IMG/VR virus record: IMGVR_UViG_3300010376_000075 | Coordinates: 1-38,668 of that record | DNA length: 38,668 nt | Source: a virus | Lineage: Duplodnaviria; Caudoviricetes | Reading direction: 5' to 3' (one strand) | In this document: piece after piece, positions 36,032 through 38,668 of the stretch | Position numbering within the stretch: the stretch's first letter is position 1 | How the letters are laid out: every line of letters starts with the position of its first letter | Notes under the pieces: generated by a model | What the model saw: only the letters and a program-made list of their open reading frames with translations | The model's database searches: none | Told to the model about the DNA's origin: nothing | Made by a program: the position numbers and the translations under genes

Positions 36032-36504
36032 GCGGGTTCACGATCAACGACGTGACGCTGTCCGGGAACCTCACGCGCGACCCAGAGGTCCGTACCATCC
36101 CCGCCAGCGGCACCACCGTCTGCAAGCTGCGCCTAGCCAGCAACGAGCGCTACAAGAACAACGACACCGGCGAGTGGGCCGACCGCCCCGGCTACTACGA
36201 CGTGACCGTCTGGAAGGGCCTGGGCGAATGGCTCGGCTCGAACCTCAAGAAGGGCGACGGCATCGTCGTCCACGGACGGCTCCGCTGGCGCGAATGGGAA
36301 GCCGACGACGGCTCAAAACGCCAGGGGATCGACATCGTCGCGAACGACATCGTGCCGATCACCCGTGACGGGAGAGGCGGAGGAGGTGGACGCGGCGGGT
36401 ACGAAGACTCCGACGCGGACATCCCCATCGACACCGCCGACCTGCCGCCCGTCGGAGCGCAGGACGCAGCAATAGCGGGGGACAGCGACGACATCCCGTT
36501 TTAG
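36028..36504 (+). CDS. ssb: single-stranded DNA-binding protein
   Basis: INDVTLSGNLTRDPE, V.GRLR.R.W, C-terminal DDIPF. Confidence 0.95.
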   Translation: MSGFTINDVTLSGNLTRDPEVRTIPASGTTVCKLRLASNERYKNNDTGEWADRPGYYDVTVWKGLGEWLGSNLKKGDGIVVHGRLRWREWEADDGSKRQGIDIVANDIVPITRDGRGGGGGRGGYEDSDADIPIDTADLPPVGAQDAAIAGDSDDIPF

Positions 36505-36524
36505 GCCACATCGTGTGCTAGGCT
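36502..36524 (+). promoter_or_regulatory. palindrome/extended -10, leaderless promoter
   Basis: TAGGCCAC-ATC-GTGTGCTA overlapping TAGGCT; starts at the ssb stop; ATG 6 nt later. Confidence 0.7.
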
Positions 36525-36530
36525 GCCGCG

Positions 36531-36836
36531 ATGCCGTACGCCGATCCTGCCAACAAGGCAGCGTGGGCGAAGCGCTACCACGCTGAACACAAGGATGCGG
36601 TCAACGGCTACAAGCGCGCCTGGCAGACGAGGAATCCCGAGAAGCGAGCGGCGCACGTGGCGCTCGGCAACGCGATACGAGACGGCAAGCTCAGGAAGGG
36701 ACCATGTGAGGTGGGAGGGGACTGCGAGGGGAAGGTCCAGGCCCACCACGACGACTACTCGAAGCCGCTGGAGGTCCGGTGGCTGTGCAAGCGTCACCAC
36801 GAGGCAGCCGACCAGGCGAGGAGGGCAGCGCACTGA
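36531..36836 (+). CDS. small HNH-like protein
   Basis: CEVG...AHHDDYSKPLEVRWLCKRHH. Confidence 0.8.
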   Translation: MPYADPANKAAWAKRYHAEHKDAVNGYKRAWQTRNPEKRAAHVALGNAIRDGKLRKGPCEVGGDCEGKVQAHHDDYSKPLEVRWLCKRHHEAADQARRAAH

Positions 36837-37189
36837 TGCCCGGCCGTCGGCAGCGACCGCGTACAACGCGGCGTCAGCATCACCGCTCCGAGCCTGGCAG
36901 CTTCAACCCGGACACGGTGATCTCGTGGCCGGGCAACTACCGCAAGGTCCGCAAGGGCATCACGCGCAGCACCCGCGAGCGCAGCGCACCGGGCCTGCCG
37001 CTGACCGCAGCCCAAGCCGAGGTGCTGCTGCTGCTCACCGACGAGTTACAGCGCCCCGTTGACCTGGCCCGCACGCTTGACCGCAGCGCCGCCGGAGTGA
37101 CCGCATCGCTGTACGGCCTGGCGGACCGCAAGCTCGCGGAGAAGGTCCCGTACAAGGGCTGGAAGCGAACCTCAACCAAGGAGACCTGA
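36836..37189 (+). CDS. winged-HTH (MarR-like) protein
   Basis: LTAAQAEVL...PVDLARTLDRSAAGVTASLYGLADRKLAEK. Confidence 0.7.
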   Translation: MPGRRQRPRTTRRQHHRSEPGSFNPDTVISWPGNYRKVRKGITRSTRERSAPGLPLTAAQAEVLLLLTDELQRPVDLARTLDRSAAGVTASLYGLADRKLAEKVPYKGWKRTSTKET

Positions 37190-37422
37190 TGCCACAGAAG
37201 CGGCAGGCCCCGCGCCCGGACGGCAAGCGGGACTACACCCGTCTCGACCCATACCCCGCAGCGCCCGAGGACCCGCGCCAGCGCCAGGAGTTCTTCCGGC
37301 GGCGCAACGCGCACATCGCCGGGCAGCCCGAGGAGGAGTACCTCAAGGCGCTGGAGGAGCAGGAGATCCGCATCGCGCAGCGCCCGCCTGACCCGCGACC
37401 GAAGGGACGGCAGGACCGGTGA
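37189..37422 (+). CDS. hypothetical protein
   Basis: AAGGAG RBS; TGATG coupling. Confidence 0.6.
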   Translation: MPQKRQAPRPDGKRDYTRLDPYPAAPEDPRQRQEFFRRRNAHIAGQPEEEYLKALEEQEIRIAQRPPDPRPKGRQDR

Positions 37423-37718
37423 GCAGGCTCGCACGCATGACCGGCAAGGCCGAGGGTGAGCCGACTGACCGGCTGGGCCGGATCGCCGCAGCCATGCTCC
37501 AGGCCGCTGAGGACCACCCAGAGAGCCGCGAGGGTGACCGCGCGATCCTCATGCTGGACGACGGCGAGAAGACCGGCATGGTCGCTCACGGCGGCTACAA
37601 CGAGGACGAGGGCCGCGAAGCGTTCGTGAACCTGCTCGGCCACGTCCAGGTGCTCGCTGAGGCCAACGGCATGAGCCTCGACTTCATCCCCAACGCCGGA
37701 CCGCACGGGCAAGGATGA
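37419..37718 (+). CDS. hypothetical protein
   Basis: GTGA coupling. Confidence 0.65.
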   Translation: MSRLARMTGKAEGEPTDRLGRIAAAMLQAAEDHPESREGDRAILMLDDGEKTGMVAHGGYNEDEGREAFVNLLGHVQVLAEANGMSLDFIPNAGPHGQG

Positions 37719-37912
37719 GCGACAGCACGAACTACCACGCGCAGATGCTGAAGCTCGGACGCCAGTACCTGGCCGAGAAGTGGCTGGAGAAGGCCAGCGA
37801 CAAGACGCTGCTCAAGGAACTGTCCGACTGCCGGAACAGCCCGACGCTGATGGGCGACGGCGCAGCGATCCTGATCGCCCGCGAGATCGACCGGCGCGGG
37901 GTGAAGGTCTGA
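37715..37912 (+). CDS. hypothetical protein
   Basis: ATGA coupling. Confidence 0.6.
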   Translation: MSDSTNYHAQMLKLGRQYLAEKWLEKASDKTLLKELSDCRNSPTLMGDGAAILIAREIDRRGVKV

Positions 37913-38325
37913 TGCCGTACGCCGAGAAGACCAAGGTGCCGGTCAGCCGCAGCCGCGACGAACTGGAGCGCACCCTGTCCCGCTACGGCGCTGACGCGTT
38001 CGGGTACGGCTGGGATCAGGGCAAGGCCGTCGTGAGCTTCCGAGTCGCCGGGCGCTACGTCCGGATCGCGATGGACGTGCCGATGAACGCGCAGGAGGAG
38101 CGGCAGCGCTGGCGGGCGCTGGTGCTCGTGGTCAAGGCCAAGCTCGAAGCCGTCGAGTCCGGCATCTCGACCGTGGAGCAGGAGTTCATGGCCTACGTCG
38201 TGCTGCCGGACAACCAGACGGTGGGCGACTGGCTCGGCCCGCAGATCGAGACGGCGTACACCGACGGCCTGATGCCCGGCTCGCTGCTTGCGCTGCCACC
38301 GGGAGGTGACGACGGTGCTTCGTGA
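37912..38325 (+). CDS. conserved phage hypothetical protein
   Basis: YAEKTKVPVSRSR.E...RQRWRAL..VVKAKLEAVESGI...EQEFM motif. Confidence 0.75.
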   Translation: MPYAEKTKVPVSRSRDELERTLSRYGADAFGYGWDQGKAVVSFRVAGRYVRIAMDVPMNAQEERQRWRALVLVVKAKLEAVESGISTVEQEFMAYVVLPDNQTVGDWLGPQIETAYTDGLMPGSLLALPPGGDDGAS

Positions 38326-38569
38326 GTGTGAGGCGTGCGGCGCGTTCATGTTGTTCGCCGTCACGCCGCAGGGACGCAGGCAGGTCGTGGACTACCGCCC
38401 GAGCGCCGAGGGCAACATTCTCGTGCTCCAACCGTCCGGCTGGGGCGACCTGCTCAGCATCGTCCTGTCCGGCGACGGGCTGGAGCGCGCGCGTCAGCGC
38501 CAGATGGATCTGCGCCTGGACCACCATGCGACCTGTCCCGACGCCGACCGTTTCCGCAGCCGAGTCTGA
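38315..38569 (+). CDS. small zinc-binding hypothetical protein
   Basis: GGAGG RBS; CEACG...HHATCP. Confidence 0.65.
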   Translation: MLRECEACGAFMLFAVTPQGRRQVVDYRPSAEGNILVLQPSGWGDLLSIVLSGDGLERARQRQMDLRLDHHATCPDADRFRSRV

Positions 38570-38668
38570 GCGCCTGCCGATCTGCCTCGCCTGCTTCCGG
38601 CAGGGCGTGAGCATGGACGACGAGCCACCCGCGACCTACGTGAGCGGCTGGGCGTGCGAGGACTGCGC
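38526..38668 (+). CDS. partial Cys-rich ORF running off the window
   Basis: ICLAC...ACEDC in an open frame to the window end. Confidence 0.35.
   Translation, partial: MRPVPTPTVSAAESERLPICLACFRQGVSMDDEPPATYVSGWACEDC

Noticed and set aside
3081-36524. Palindromic repeats as a CRISPR array or integron attC sites
   Set aside because: Copies are dispersed and degenerate, with no regular spacers, no cas or integrase gene, and no GTTRRRY core; they align with -10 boxes instead

Overview
High-GC tailed-phage (Caudoviricetes) DNA, probably infecting an actinobacterium. Evidence for that host: many leaderless genes behind TANNNT -10 boxes, an SSB ending DDIPF, and a DUF932 gene. Almost all genes are on the + strand. 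Left to right the window holds: small and large (gpA-type) terminase; about 7 kb of small accessory genes; a portal; a 2006-aa MuF-like head protein fused to a string of effector domains; a 53-aa linker ORF; a 3145-aa repeat-rich protein with a kinase-like domain; DUF932; a split lysis module (GH19 lysin, M15 peptidase, stand-alone repeat protein, HNH, holin); a divergent control region; then SSB, HNH and other small early-type genes. No major capsid, protease, tail or integrase gene was recognised. Three things stand out. (1) The MuF polyprotein is divided into effector modules by a repeated peptide, L-x-E-[AV]...LHPRGRGGKW, which looks like a protease cut site followed by a conserved tag. 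(2) A 19-bp palindrome, TAGCnCAC-N3-GTGTGCTA, recurs about 12 times, merges with the -10 box and often begins with the stop codon of the upstream gene. (3) Three lysis proteins share a propeller-blade-like repeat, which suggests a multi-subunit lysin. All domain calls are from motif recognition by eye, not database searches.
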